Shown: in pieces, positions 35,359 to 46,087 of the stretch | How the letters are laid out: every line of letters starts with the position of its first letter | How positions within the stretch are numbered: the first letter of the stretch is position 1 | Virus record (IMG/VR): IMGVR_UViG_3300033149_002817 | Coordinates: 1 to 64,000 of that record | DNA from: a virus | Direction: 5' to 3' (one strand) | DNA: 64,000 bases | The notes under the pieces: generated by a model | What the model saw: only the letters and a program-made list of their open reading frames with translations | What the model was told of the DNA's origin: nothing | Database searches by the model: none | Made by a program: the position numbers and the translations under genes

Positions 35359-35460
35359 ACCCGGATACGATTGAGCGTTATCTTCAACCAGGACTTGTGA
35401 CTGTCGAGTAGCAACGTGCGGCCCGTTGGCAGGCAACCGCACACACTCTGAGGAGAGGAC

Positions 35461-36003
35461 ATGGACCAGAAGGAAATCACGCCGGACCAGGAGACGGACC
35501 TGTTCTACTACTGGAACCCGCACACGAACAACATCGACCTCACGCTGCCGCAGCCGATCGGTACCGTTCGCGTCGGGCCGCGCGGTAGCGGGCATGAGTT
35601 CATCCCGACGCCGCACCACAAGGAAGACGGCGTCACGGCGAAGATGCTGCGGGACTTCGAGGGGCCGTCATTCCTCTCGCCGACTCCGCCCGAAGTCCGG
35701 AGGTCGCTTCTTGAGAAGGCAGGCAAGGGGGTGCCTTCGTGGATGGCTGATCGTACGCGACATCTTCCTCAGTTTCAGGTTGATGCTGGCGTGCTGGCGC
35801 AAGCGGCGACAGCTGCAGCGGGCGCGCCTCTCACGCCTCGCGCGGGAAGCCTCGACGGCGCAACGCGTGCATCGGTGGATGGAAGCGCGAAGGTCGGAGC
35901 GGTAAAGGGCACGGAAGGACCGAGTTCAGGCCAGTCGATGGCGGAGTCGCTGCAGGTCATCGCTGACGCGCGGTGTAGCGGACGGTCCGTCAAGAAGGGC
36001 TAA
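35461..36003 (+). CDS. Hypothetical protein upstream of neck genes
   Basis: GAGGAG RBS; typical codon bias. Confidence 0.65.
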   Translation: MDQKEITPDQETDLFYYWNPHTNNIDLTLPQPIGTVRVGPRGSGHEFIPTPHHKEDGVTAKMLRDFEGPSFLSPTPPEVRRSLLEKAGKGVPSWMADRTRHLPQFQVDAGVLAQAATAAAGAPLTPRAGSLDGATRASVDGSAKVGAVKGTEGPSSGQSMAESLQVIADARCSGRSVKKG

Positions 36004-36018
36004 CCGCGGGGGAACCTC

Positions 36019-36816
36019 ATGTCAGGCGAGAACGTCAACCGGCATGCCTCCAACTACCGGCGGAACGAGAGCGAAGGCGTTCGTCGGCGGGGACTGACCG
36101 AGGACGAGGTTTACGCGTACGTTCTCACCGCTATGGGGTTCCCCAACGTCGATGTCGAGACCTCACGTGAGCAGCTTCGTATCTTCTGGCAGAAGACGCT
36201 TGATGTCTACAACACGTACCTCCCGCACCAGAAACGCGGCGTCCTGGATATCCAAGCGCAAGCGCACGAGTACGACTTTGAACAGCTGAACAAGGCGTAT
36301 GGGCGCGGTGTCGTTGACGTGCGGCTCGCCCCGCGACGTGACTTCTTCTCGCCCATCTCCGGCGTCTTCGCGCTCGGCATCCCGCATCCGATCTCACCGC
36401 TCAGCCCAGACCAGTACGACCTTGCGTTGCGGTACATCGACATGGCGAAGCGGGTCTACAGCGCGGGCTTTGACTGGGAGTGGCATGAGCCCGTGCTGTG
36501 GGTCTTCGCTCCGCCCGGCTACGGAGGACCATACATCGCAGCGTACACGTACTTTGTCGAGGCGACAGAGGCGAACGACATCCCGAGTCATGACATCCGC
36601 TGGATCAAGGACTACATGCTCAACATCGTGCGCATTGCTGTTGGTGAAGCGCGAGGTAAGTTCGGCATCGTTCCCGGTCCGTCGCAGGCGAACCTCAACG
36701 GCTCTGAGCTGATTCAGCGGGGTGAGGCGCAGATCGAGAAGCTGGAAGAAGAGCTGCGGATGCGGTCGTTCGCTCTCACGCCGCCTCTCGGACCGGGTGC
36801 GAGGGCCAGCGGATGA
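36019..36816 (+). CDS. Neck/head-tail adaptor protein (T4 gp13-like)
   Basis: MGFPNVDVE...QL; WIKDY...VGEARGKFG.VPGP...LNGSELIQRGEAQIEKLEEEL is the characteristic gp13-like C-terminus. Confidence 0.85.
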   Translation: MSGENVNRHASNYRRNESEGVRRRGLTEDEVYAYVLTAMGFPNVDVETSREQLRIFWQKTLDVYNTYLPHQKRGVLDIQAQAHEYDFEQLNKAYGRGVVDVRLAPRRDFFSPISGVFALGIPHPISPLSPDQYDLALRYIDMAKRVYSAGFDWEWHEPVLWVFAPPGYGGPYIAAYTYFVEATEANDIPSHDIRWIKDYMLNIVRIAVGEARGKFGIVPGPSQANLNGSELIQRGEAQIEKLEEELRMRSFALTPPLGPGARASG

Positions 36817-37433
36817 CGGACGTCCACCAGGACATTCTCATCGAGTTCGAGGCGCGACGGGCGCGCGCAAACCCGCAGCTCTTCCAGGGCATGCGGGATC
36901 AAGACCGTCAGGACGCTTTCGTTAAGGAGTTCGTCCTGCGGCAGGGCGCTGCCGTCATCCTCGCGCCACGCGTGAACCGTTTGCATCCCGAGGGCGAGAA
37001 CATCTTCGCAGGTGTCGATCCGATCGACGTGGATCGCCTCGATATCGAGTACATAGACGGGATGCTGCAGGTCAACGTGCGGGCGCTCATCGAGCACGAG
37101 CCATCGCGGCAGCTGCTGACGAAGTACGGCGTTGAGGAGGAGCGCGACGTTGTCTTTTACGTCCCGTTCTCGGAGCTGAACCGGCTCGGGCTCGTCAACG
37201 ACGACCGCTTCCGTGGGCTCATACTCGGCGACCTCTTCGAGTGGGATGGGACGTGGTACATCGTCCGCGAGGCACATCGCACGAGCTACCACGGGCTCAC
37301 AGACCGCTATCACCTCACGGCGGGGTTCTGCACACGGTACTACCACACTGCAACACCTCGGGACTGCGATGGGGCGAACTCGGATCTCGTACCGATGGCG
37401 CCGCCTCCGAGTCCGTCAACGAGCGGAGCGTAG
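36813..37433 (+). CDS. Neck/head closure protein (T4 gp14-like)
   Basis: Follows the gp13-like gene; L.KYGVEEERDVVFYV...GDLFEWDGTWYIV pattern. Confidence 0.7.
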   Translation: MTDVHQDILIEFEARRARANPQLFQGMRDQDRQDAFVKEFVLRQGAAVILAPRVNRLHPEGENIFAGVDPIDVDRLDIEYIDGMLQVNVRALIEHEPSRQLLTKYGVEEERDVVFYVPFSELNRLGLVNDDRFRGLILGDLFEWDGTWYIVREAHRTSYHGLTDRYHLTAGFCTRYYHTATPRDCDGANSDLVPMAPPPSPSTSGA

Positions 37434-37434
37434 C

Positions 37435-37947
37435 ATGTCACTGCAGCACATGGAGATCGGCGGTCTCAGCTTTGAACGCTACGGGCAGGGCTTAGCAGCA
37501 CGGAAGCCGATCCTGCACGGCGAAGTACACGGTCGGGGTCCGATAGAGGATCCCGTACCGCCGACGACGTCGCTGGAGGCGTTGAAGGAGGGCGCCGGCT
37601 CTGCGCTCTCCGCGTGGCGTGACATCGAGGCGTCATACGGCATCGTCGGGAGTCCCTTCCCGAACAAGGGCACGGGTACGCCGGACCAGGTCGAGCCGAT
37701 GATCAGGTCGGCCCCGGCTCCTGTCATGCAGACGGCGGAGAGCTATGTGCCGCCAGCTGCTGGGTTGCGGTACTCGGACGGCTCGCCGATGCAGGTGGGC
37801 GACGTGGTCGTGCTCGACGAGGTTCTCTACGAGGTGAAGGGTCGCGACTTCGCGGGTGGCATCATCGTCGAAGGGCCGGGCGTCGGTACGCGGACAGTCC
37901 CGATGGTAGCGTTGGGGCAGTGCCGGGTTCTCAAGCGGAAGGTTTAG
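37435..37947 (+). CDS. Hypothetical protein
   Basis: GGAG RBS before ATG37435; fills the gap between neck genes. Confidence 0.55.
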   Translation: MSLQHMEIGGLSFERYGQGLAARKPILHGEVHGRGPIEDPVPPTTSLEALKEGAGSALSAWRDIEASYGIVGSPFPNKGTGTPDQVEPMIRSAPAPVMQTAESYVPPAAGLRYSDGSPMQVGDVVVLDEVLYEVKGRDFAGGIIVEGPGVGTRTVPMVALGQCRVLKRKV

Positions 37948-38637
37948 GTGCAAATCAAGCCTGGCAAACGCTTTTGGCAGGCACAGCACTTCATCGAGAC
38001 ACTCCCCGACGAGGTCGCGGAGATCGCGCGAGACGAAGTGTTGGGGGTCTCCGTGTCGATCGCGGCGGAGATCAAGAAGCGCATCTCCCTGCAGCAGTAT
38101 GCCCACCAGCCGCTGAGCCCGCGCTACCTCGCGTGGAAGAAGCGCCGGAAGCTCGACGAACGCATCCTCATCGCCACCGGGCACTACATAAACGCCATCG
38201 GTATTCAGCCGGTCACGCGGCAGGTGCGGACATATAAGCCGGGCACCCCAGTCGGCATGCCGGAAGAGTTCAAGCGCGAAGCGTCGATGAGTAGTGCGAA
38301 GACGAAGGTCGTCGGCTACCGCGTAGGGCTCCCGGACAAGGTTCACCCGCCTTCGGGTCTTCGCTACCATGTCCTGGCGATGATCCACGAGTACGGGTCT
38401 CCGCGGGCGCACATACCGGCACGACCTCACTGGTACCCGGCATGGCGGGACTTCCTTCGCGCCGACAAGCGGAAGACTGTTCGTAATGTGTTCGACCGTA
38501 TAAAGAAGCGTCAATTGAAGCCGAAGCACAGGCTCTCACCGTCGGGTGGCGTCCCTGCGAGCGCAGTTAGGGCTCCGACGCCTCAGCCTTCAGCGGTGCG
38601 GCGGTTCTTCAAGCGCTTCCTCGGTCTCGGGGGATAG
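37948..38637 (+). CDS. Tail completion/virion morphogenesis protein (HK97 gp10-/Mu gpG-like)
   Basis: PLSPRYLAWKK...ILIATGHY; AMIHEYGS...IPARPHWYPA. Confidence 0.75.
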   Translation: MQIKPGKRFWQAQHFIETLPDEVAEIARDEVLGVSVSIAAEIKKRISLQQYAHQPLSPRYLAWKKRRKLDERILIATGHYINAIGIQPVTRQVRTYKPGTPVGMPEEFKREASMSSAKTKVVGYRVGLPDKVHPPSGLRYHVLAMIHEYGSPRAHIPARPHWYPAWRDFLRADKRKTVRNVFDRIKKRQLKPKHRLSPSGGVPASAVRAPTPQPSAVRRFFKRFLGLGG

Positions 38638-38638
38638 G

Positions 38639-40225
38639 ATGAAGCTCTCCGGCGATCTGGAACTGGACTACGGCTCGCTCAAGAACGCCATCGTCGATCC
38701 TGTGTCGTCGTTGCCGGCGTTCGTTCCCGGGCAGGATGAAGGCCGTCTCATCTACGTCACGACGGGCGTCAACGTCGGGATATGGATCGGCGCGAACGAC
38801 GGTACTGCATCCTACACGCGGATCATCATGGGCGCGGTCATCGGCACGTACAGCACCGTCCAGGTCATCAACAACGGGGTCACGTTCCAGGGCGTGCTCA
38901 CACCAGCGGCGTCTGCACCTCAGCGGGGCTTCCTTGCGCGTGTCTCTCTGTCCGCCGCTGCGATTGGTGCGGGTAAGGTGGTAGTCGAGATCCATGAGGA
39001 CGCAGGACGTTCCAGCCGCGTCTACAAGCGCGTCATCGACCTCGCCGACAACAGCCGCGACGACTATCCCGCGTACTACGAGTCCGACAGCGGAGCAGGC
39101 AACCTCTACATCTCCATCACGAACCTCACCGGGTTCTCCGACACTTTCACCGCCACGCTCAAGTCGATGGCGGTCATTCCCGTCACACCGCCGGCACCTC
39201 CCGGCGCGGGCACGGGGATCAACGCGGGCGTCGCCGGAGACGGTGTTGCTTACGACGGCATCAACGTGCGGTTGGAGGTGGATCTGCTCTCGACCGGCGG
39301 CTTGCAGACGACAGGCGTGACGCCGGATGCAGAGCTGGGCATCAAGCTCGCCCCCAGCTCGGGGCTTGCAGTCGGTGGTACGGGCCTCGACGCCACCGGG
39401 TGCGTGAAGACGACGACGGCCCAGAGCATTGCGGGCATCAAGCGCTTCACGGGCTACGCCATCGCCATTGACCCGGCAGCGGGGACCGGCCCGCCGGCAG
39501 CCGGAACGTGGACGAAGGGGGCCATCTACCAGGACTCGGCGCAGAACTTCTGGCTCTGCTCCGTGGCAGGCACGCCGGGCACGTGGATTCCGTGGTCGTC
39601 TCGGAGCGACAAAGCAGGAGGCGGCGCGATCGGGACGTATACCGGCACGGTGACAGCGGGCAACTCCCTTGACGTCCCGTTGACGACACCCTTCTCCCGG
39701 CGCGGTCGGATCGAGAAGCTCATCGTGTGGGCAGCAGCTCCCACCTTCACGGCGACGCCGATCGACTCACCCTTCCGTGTCGGGATCTACCCGAACAGCA
39801 ACTATGAGGGGCGCGAGCGCATTGGCTACTTCCAGGGTCAGGCTCGCACGGAATTGGTAGTCGCCCCCGGTGCCGCGATCAATGCGACTGTTATCCCCGT
39901 AGCGTCGGTGGACTTCATCAACCTCGACGATCTCGTCAGGCTTCGCGCGCTCGCGGGACCGACGGAGGAGTACGCTGCGGTGACGGTGCGCGCGACTGGC
40001 CCGCCCACGATCGCCGTGGACGAGAACATCGACAACGCGCTCGCAGTGGACGACCTCGTGATGGCCGCGACGGAGTTCACGGGCTTGCCGTGGTGGAACG
40101 ACGACACGACGCCCGCGAACTACTACAAGCTCTACCTGAGGCTCTTCAACGACGACCCCGCACAGGATCTCGTCTTCGGCTATGAGGTCTGGCTTGAGCA
40201 GTCCGGTGGAGGCCAGTCGGTCTAA
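38639..40225 (+). CDS. Putative fibre/collar structural protein
   Basis: LKNAIVDPVSSLP...GRLIY; AGDGV..DG..LEV fibre repeats; QSIAGIKRFT; GPPAAGTWTKGAIYQD...W.C..AGTPGTW. Confidence 0.7.
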   Translation: MKLSGDLELDYGSLKNAIVDPVSSLPAFVPGQDEGRLIYVTTGVNVGIWIGANDGTASYTRIIMGAVIGTYSTVQVINNGVTFQGVLTPAASAPQRGFLARVSLSAAAIGAGKVVVEIHEDAGRSSRVYKRVIDLADNSRDDYPAYYESDSGAGNLYISITNLTGFSDTFTATLKSMAVIPVTPPAPPGAGTGINAGVAGDGVAYDGINVRLEVDLLSTGGLQTTGVTPDAELGIKLAPSSGLAVGGTGLDATGCVKTTTAQSIAGIKRFTGYAIAIDPAAGTGPPAAGTWTKGAIYQDSAQNFWLCSVAGTPGTWIPWSSRSDKAGGGAIGTYTGTVTAGNSLDVPLTTPFSRRGRIEKLIVWAAAPTFTATPIDSPFRVGIYPNSNYEGRERIGYFQGQARTELVVAPGAAINATVIPVASVDFINLDDLVRLRALAGPTEEYAAVTVRATGPPTIAVDENIDNALAVDDLVMAATEFTGLPWWNDDTTPANYYKLYLRLFNDDPAQDLVFGYEVWLEQSGGGQSV

Positions 40226-41562
40226 TGCAAGGACCAGCACACGCTTGCGTCAATTTGCTCTCGCGGAACGCTCCGATCTGGACGAAGGGCGCAGTGCTGT
40301 ACTGGGACATCAGGGGTGGTGCGAAGGCTTCAGTCCGAGGGGCGTCTGCATATAGCACTGTGCGGGTACAGTTGGGAAGCGGAGAGTACTGGACGTTCGA
40401 CAGAGGTAAGGGGCAGTACGTTCAGATCACCGCTGCCTCCGGCTCGTTTCCGCTTGACGGGCACTTCGCGGAAGCACGAGCCAACTACTTCAATGACACG
40501 ACGAACGTCATGCGTGGCCCATTTTCGGTAGAAGCCGGGGCGGTTGGCTCGAATCCCGTGCTCGACGCCACCTACATCGTGGACATCTCGACCATTCCGA
40601 TGGCGAACGGCTTCCGTGTTACAAACATGACCGGATCGCTGCGCCGCTTCTACCGCTTGGAGTCGACCTCGGGCACTTACCGCCGCTACTTCTCCCTCCT
40701 GGCGAAGCGGACAGATGGCGGGGTCATTGATGGAACGGTGCTGTCTCTCTACACAGCGTCGTCAGCTGATCCGCTCGGCTCGAACCTCATGGAGGCTGCG
40801 ACAAGGTACAAGAAGATTCGTAGCGACGGGTGGTACCAGCTGTGGGCGGTGCATCCCATCGACGGCGCGAGCGTCTACTTCGGTGGGCTTCTGACCAGTG
40901 GCTTCCCGGTCGACATCGAAGCGCCGATGACCGAGGGGGTTGGGTCGAGTCTTGGCGCTCCGGGGCAGTTCACGGAAAGCCCCGCTGGTGCGCCCACGCC
41001 GCCACTGAGCTACATCGAGATGGCGCGGACGAGCGGAATTGCAGAGCCTTACCCCGCGTGCGGATGGTTCGGTGCGGCCTTCACGAACCGTTGGGCACAC
41101 GACGAGCCTCACGATCAACCCGGGCCACGTTGGAAGACTGCTTACATCGCGAACTGGCAAGTAGACGGGAGCAACAAGGTCTCCATCTACATGAGCCAGA
41201 CGTCACAGGTGTGGGTTGGCTGGATGAGGAAGGCGGGCACGTCAGAGTTGTTCCTGACCGGTCCTGCAACGTGGGCAGAGAACGAAGCGATGGGGATTGT
41301 GATGACGTGGGGCTCGCGCAAGGGCTCGCAGTACGGTGTGCTCGCGGTAAACGGGAAGCAGTACGACGTCGAGACCTTGTTCTCACTTCCGACCGGTACT
41401 CCGAACTTCATCGAGGTCGGGGACATCGGGGGTCTTGGGTACGCGCAGTCGGCGAACTGCCACGTTGAGGCGATGGCGGTCGGACGGCAGGCGCTCACGC
41501 GCCTCGACGCGCGTCATCTCTCCCTGTGGTTCAAGGATCAGGCAGTGGGGGTCATCCGGTGA
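40225..41562 (+). CDS. Putative virion protein with C-terminal ConA/LamG-like lectin domain
   Basis: Beta/aromatic-rich; IVMTWG...LAVNGK...IEVG...HVEAMAVGRQALT pattern of LamG-like folds. Confidence 0.55.
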   Translation: MQGPAHACVNLLSRNAPIWTKGAVLYWDIRGGAKASVRGASAYSTVRVQLGSGEYWTFDRGKGQYVQITAASGSFPLDGHFAEARANYFNDTTNVMRGPFSVEAGAVGSNPVLDATYIVDISTIPMANGFRVTNMTGSLRRFYRLESTSGTYRRYFSLLAKRTDGGVIDGTVLSLYTASSADPLGSNLMEAATRYKKIRSDGWYQLWAVHPIDGASVYFGGLLTSGFPVDIEAPMTEGVGSSLGAPGQFTESPAGAPTPPLSYIEMARTSGIAEPYPACGWFGAAFTNRWAHDEPHDQPGPRWKTAYIANWQVDGSNKVSIYMSQTSQVWVGWMRKAGTSELFLTGPATWAENEAMGIVMTWGSRKGSQYGVLAVNGKQYDVETLFSLPTGTPNFIEVGDIGGLGYAQSANCHVEAMAVGRQALTRLDARHLSLWFKDQAVGVIR

Positions 41563-44500
41563 CGACGAGCGGACTCGCAACCGGTGGAGCGGGCTCCATC
41601 CTCGTTCCGTTCGGGGACGGCGCGACATCGCGCAACAGCGCAGCGTGGAACCCCTACGACGGCAAAGCCTATCGCAACAACAAGCCGCGCCTCACGGATG
41701 GTCTCCTCTTCAACTGCTCGGTGAAGCCGAAGCTGTTCGACACCTTCCCCGAGCCGACAGCCTTCATGTACTACCATCCGACGCAGGGCACGCCGAATCT
41801 GATCGACCGGGAAGCGATCTTCGAGGCGAACTACCCCGAGTTTGACAAGGTCGCGCTCGGGCAGTCCTACCAGGGGCGGGACATCATCGCGTACCGGCTC
41901 GGTCCGGTCACGCGGAAGCACTTCGTCGTGGACATGGTGGTCCACGGGAACGAAGCGGACGGCGCTCAGGGCACCTTCCGGGCGATGGAGATCCTCGCGC
42001 GCGACCCGATCTTCGCAGCGTTTCGGGCGGAGTGGACGATCTTCTTCATCCCGGCGTTGAACCCCGATGGGTGGTACCTCGACACGCGTAATCTCGCGGA
42101 GATCGGACCCGGCGGGGTGACGATCAACCTAAACCGCAACTGGGATTGGTTTTGGGATGAGTATGTCTCTTCGTCGTACGAGTCAAAAGGCTCGGCGCCG
42201 GAGAGCACACTGGAAGCACAGGCGTTCCTCAACTACTACCGCGACCCGCAGGTGACGTTTGGCTTCCTGCTCGATCAGCATGCGGACCGCGGTGTTGGCG
42301 CGCGATACATGAGCCGCGACCGCATATGGCGAGGTTTGGCATCGGCCCCGGGCGTCGCTGGAGAGGTACCGAACAACTACCGGTCACTGTGGCTTGACTG
42401 GATCATCTGGCGCTATGTTGGGCAGGTGACTCACATCCGGGCTCGGGACGCGGGCGGCTTCGACAATTACTGCCGGTACTACCGCAGCCGTTTCCGTCCG
42501 CACCTTCACAGCTACTTCAGCTCTCTCGGCATCGTGTCGATGGCGATGGAGGACGAGAAGGTCAGCGACGCGGGCGGTCTGGAGACCGTCGCGAGCGCGT
42601 GCAACTTCCGTCTTGACGCGACGCTCGCCGCCGCGTTGTGCTGCACCGAGTCGCTGTGGGTGCACCAATACGAAGAGGGCATCCTCCTCGAAAACGACGC
42701 GGTGACACAGCAGCTACAGAACGCGAGCTTCAACAGCTGGCAGGACGACGAGTACCGCCCTGGCTACTACACGATGAGTCGTATGACGACAGCGCGCGCG
42801 GCGAAGGCGGACAGCTACGTTGAAGACGGCGGCCGGGCGGTCGAGATGACCTCGCAGACGCTTATCGAGCTGTCGCAGGCGGCGGAGTTCAACGCGGGCG
42901 CGATGACGGGCTACACGAGTTTTCTGTTGGTTACCAGCAAGGGGCAGCTGTTCAAGATCCCGACCGCTTCGGCATCTTCGTCAGGTGACGTCATCGACCC
43001 GCTGACGAGCTTCACGAGTTGGGTGGGGGCGGCAGCCTTCCCGGGCAACGTGGATGGCGGCATTCAAGTGTTCGGCGGCGGTTCCTCGGAGAAGGACGCA
43101 GCGCCGACGACGCAATACTACCTGCTCGATGACACGACGGAGACGCCGCTGACGGGCTTCGGTGCGGTCCCGGTCGGGACGCAGCACGCGGGTTTCTGCG
43201 ACAACATGCTGTCGGATCCGCCTTCGCCTTTCCTTCCCGGGCGCGAAGGCTACCTCGTCGGCGGATGGACTGGCATCGCTCCGACGGCAGCGATGTACAC
43301 GCTCGACATTCCGAGCTTCATCTGGACGCTTTCCGCGGCGACGATGCCGACTCCGACGTATGGCGCGCTCGCGGTCTACGATCCGATCAGGGGCTACGTG
43401 TGGATCATCGGGGGCTTCAACGCCGCCGGCACACCGCAGAGCACGGTGGGATATTGGAATCTGGTGGCGGACACCTACACGCCATCGACTCCGCTCCCGC
43501 TCGCTTTGGGTTACGTGGCGGGCGTCTACGCGCGTGTTGACAATCGCATTTACATCTACGGTGGGCAGCTCAACACGGGGAACATGGCGCCGACCATCTA
43601 CCAATTCGACCCGAGCAGCGCGACGTGGGTTCTGCTGGAGGTGACGGCGAACCTCGACGACGACGAGGATCAGCAAGAGCCGGAAGACCCGGTATGGAAC
43701 GTCTTGCTCGGGCGGGCGCAGGCCATTCTTCCGGTCGAGAACGCAACGGACGACGGGGTTATCTACCTGCTCGGCGGACGGCAGACAAGTACTGTGGGGG
43801 CGCTCGCGGACGACTTCTACAAGCACGATCTATTCGACGAAATTATCGGGCGCGTGGCAGATTCCGAATACGGCTACCTTCGCTACTCGTCATCGATCCA
43901 ATCGGGATGGATAGCGTATGTGCTCTCGCAGCAGCCGAGTATCACGGGAGGCGCCTTCGCGGGTACGTGGACGGATACGACACCCGGAAACTGGACCGCG
44001 TACGCGGGCGCTCCGGCAACGGGGACGAAGACGGGCGCGGCACACAGCGCGCTGACGCATAGCGAAACGGCCCCGAACTACGCGAGCCATCGCATGAAGG
44101 TGGACCTCTTCAAGGACGGCGCTGGGACGCTCCTGCTCTTCAGCGCGGTGCTGCGCGGGAGCTACATCGGGGCGAACATTCAGACCGGCTACCGGGTGCG
44201 GAACAACATCGGCGGAACGACATGGGTGTTGGAGCGCTTCGTCGGTGCAGCGGGTACGACGCTCGACACGACGACTGCGGACACCATCGCCGACACGACT
44301 GCTCGCGAGCTTGACTTTCGCGTGCTTGGACAGAGTCCGGTGCGCATCGTCGTCTACTACAATGACGTCGAAATCTTCAACTATGTTGACGCCTCATCTG
44401 CACGACGCCGCAACCCGGGCGTCTCTGGGTTCGAGGGGCAGAGCGGAACGGCGAATCTCGTCGTGTCGAACTACTGGGCCACGGAGACGGCGGCAGGAGA

Positions 44501-46079
44501 AGAGAAGTTCAGCGGTTCGGCGCTCGTGAAATCGAAGCTCGCGTCTTCTACAGGGTATGTGCGCCTCGCCCTTCAACCAGGCGCGCAAGAGGTAGCTGAT
44601 AGCGAGTTCGTCACGCGACGCGTGCGCAACTACTACACCATTCCGCCGTCGGGGTACTGGTTCAACTACCGCGTGCGCGCGTTCCTCCGGCATGGCCCTC
44701 GGGCGTATGTTGAGGACCGTGTTCGCTACTATCACCGTGTGTACAAGGACTCGCAGACGGCGGTCATCGACGGCATCGTGCTCACGAGGGGTACGTTGCT
44801 CGGGCAGACGTTCCTCGACACGGGGCAAGCTCGTGTGGGCGAGAGTCATACCTTCGCGACGCCCGTGCAGATGAATCGCCTTCACGCCTCCTTCACATGG
44901 ATGCCGACCTTCGGCTACCCGGACATAGTTGACGCGGACCTTGAGATCGCGCGCTTCGCGGTCGACGGCAGCAACTACATCCGCGTCATCCTGCTCGCGG
45001 GGAACGACGAAGAGCGCGAGTTCAACCGCGACGACCTCTACGCGCAGCACGACCCGATCATCCGCCTCGACAAGGTGCGCGGCGGGGTTCAGGTCGCGTA
45101 TATCGACCTTGTCTGTTACTACAGCTACATAATGCGAGAGCCGGGGTGCGAGCGTGTTGACGAGTCGCTCCGCTTCACGATCGTTCACATCGAGGACCAG
45201 CTGTTCCGCTTCTCCATCGAGCGCTTCGGCTTCGAGGTCCACAAGTCGCAGGCAGTCGACCTCATCGGCTTCGTGACGACCGCGGGAACGCTGGCGTACA
45301 ACGGGCAAGGGGTCTACGGTAAACCAACTATCAGCTATGACGGCATGCACGCGAACGGTATGCGCGCCATGCTCGGGCGCCGCGACATCGATCAGCGGCT
45401 TGTTGAGCTTGAGAGGACCGGGTTGTTCGTTTCGGGTGAGCGCGACCCGACGCAGGGCGCCATCTCGACCTACAACAAGTACCGTCCCTTCCTCGACGGT
45501 GACGACTTCATCCGCCCGGACGACAGCAACCTCGGGAGCGGGTGGGACGTCATCAAGCAGACCGGGAACGGGTGGGATGTCGTATCCAGCCAGGCCCGAT
45601 GCGTTGAGCTTGGCTTTGAGAGTCGGGAGGGCGACCCGCGGCACGCCGACTACATCATGGCGGCCGACGTCACGGTGCAGAACAACAACGACGTCGTCGG
45701 CCTCATGGGGCGGGTAGATCGCTTCCTGTCGGGGTCATACTCAAGCTACGAACCTCACGGGTACGGGTTTGAGCTGATTCAGACCTCGCCGACGGCGGCG
45801 ACGTTGCGCATCGTCACGTACTGGAACGGCGTACGGGAGATCCTCAACACACAGGCGCTATCATCCTACACTGCGGGTGAGACGCTGCGGATTCAGGTGA
45901 CGCTGACGAACACGACGCTCCGAGCCGAAATCTCGGGGCGGGCGGTCGTTACGACGACGGACTACCTCTTCAAGAGGCCGGGCCGTGCGGGGATCATGGG
46001 AGAGACGGGCGGACCGGCGCAGTACGTCACGGTCGACAACTGGTCGATGACCGAAAACTTCGAGTCGAGCACGGTTTAG
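41559..46079 (+). CDS. 1506-aa virion-associated protein: M14 zinc carboxypeptidase + Kelch beta-propeller + lectin-like domains
   Basis: LGQSYQGRDI, VHGNE, IPALNPDG, NLNRNWDW, GSAPES..E, LDQH are M14 motifs. Repeats YLVGG, VWIIGG, IYIYGG, IYLLGG are Kelch. GRAGIMG...VDNW ends a lectin-like domain. Confidence 0.85.
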   Translation: MTTSGLATGGAGSILVPFGDGATSRNSAAWNPYDGKAYRNNKPRLTDGLLFNCSVKPKLFDTFPEPTAFMYYHPTQGTPNLIDREAIFEANYPEFDKVALGQSYQGRDIIAYRLGPVTRKHFVVDMVVHGNEADGAQGTFRAMEILARDPIFAAFRAEWTIFFIPALNPDGWYLDTRNLAEIGPGGVTINLNRNWDWFWDEYVSSSYESKGSAPESTLEAQAFLNYYRDPQVTFGFLLDQHADRGVGARYMSRDRIWRGLASAPGVAGEVPNNYRSLWLDWIIWRYVGQVTHIRARDAGGFDNYCRYYRSRFRPHLHSYFSSLGIVSMAMEDEKVSDAGGLETVASACNFRLDATLAAALCCTESLWVHQYEEGILLENDAVTQQLQNASFNSWQDDEYRPGYYTMSRMTTARAAKADSYVEDGGRAVEMTSQTLIELSQAAEFNAGAMTGYTSFLLVTSKGQLFKIPTASASSSGDVIDPLTSFTSWVGAAAFPGNVDGGIQVFGGGSSEKDAAPTTQYYLLDDTTETPLTGFGAVPVGTQHAGFCDNMLSDPPSPFLPGREGYLVGGWTGIAPTAAMYTLDIPSFIWTLSAATMPTPTYGALAVYDPIRGYVWIIGGFNAAGTPQSTVGYWNLVADTYTPSTPLPLALGYVAGVYARVDNRIYIYGGQLNTGNMAPTIYQFDPSSATWVLLEVTANLDDDEDQQEPEDPVWNVLLGRAQAILPVENATDDGVIYLLGGRQTSTVGALADDFYKHDLFDEIIGRVADSEYGYLRYSSSIQSGWIAYVLSQQPSITGGAFAGTWTDTTPGNWTAYAGAPATGTKTGAAHSALTHSETAPNYASHRMKVDLFKDGAGTLLLFSAVLRGSYIGANIQTGYRVRNNIGGTTWVLERFVGAAGTTLDTTTADTIADTTARELDFRVLGQSPVRIVVYYNDVEIFNYVDASSARRRNPGVSGFEGQSGTANLVVSNYWATETAAGEEKFSGSALVKSKLASSTGYVRLALQPGAQEVADSEFVTRRVRNYYTIPPSGYWFNYRVRAFLRHGPRAYVEDRVRYYHRVYKDSQTAVIDGIVLTRGTLLGQTFLDTGQARVGESHTFATPVQMNRLHASFTWMPTFGYPDIVDADLEIARFAVDGSNYIRVILLAGNDEEREFNRDDLYAQHDPIIRLDKVRGGVQVAYIDLVCYYSYIMREPGCERVDESLRFTIVHIEDQLFRFSIERFGFEVHKSQAVDLIGFVTTAGTLAYNGQGVYGKPTISYDGMHANGMRAMLGRRDIDQRLVELERTGLFVSGERDPTQGAISTYNKYRPFLDGDDFIRPDDSNLGSGWDVIKQTGNGWDVVSSQARCVELGFESREGDPRHADYIMAADVTVQNNNDVVGLMGRVDRFLSGSYSSYEPHGYGFELIQTSPTAATLRIVTYWNGVREILNTQALSSYTAGETLRIQVTLTNTTLRAEISGRAVVTTTDYLFKRPGRAGIMGETGGPAQYVTVDNWSMTENFESSTV

Positions 46080-46087
46080 GGGGCGAC

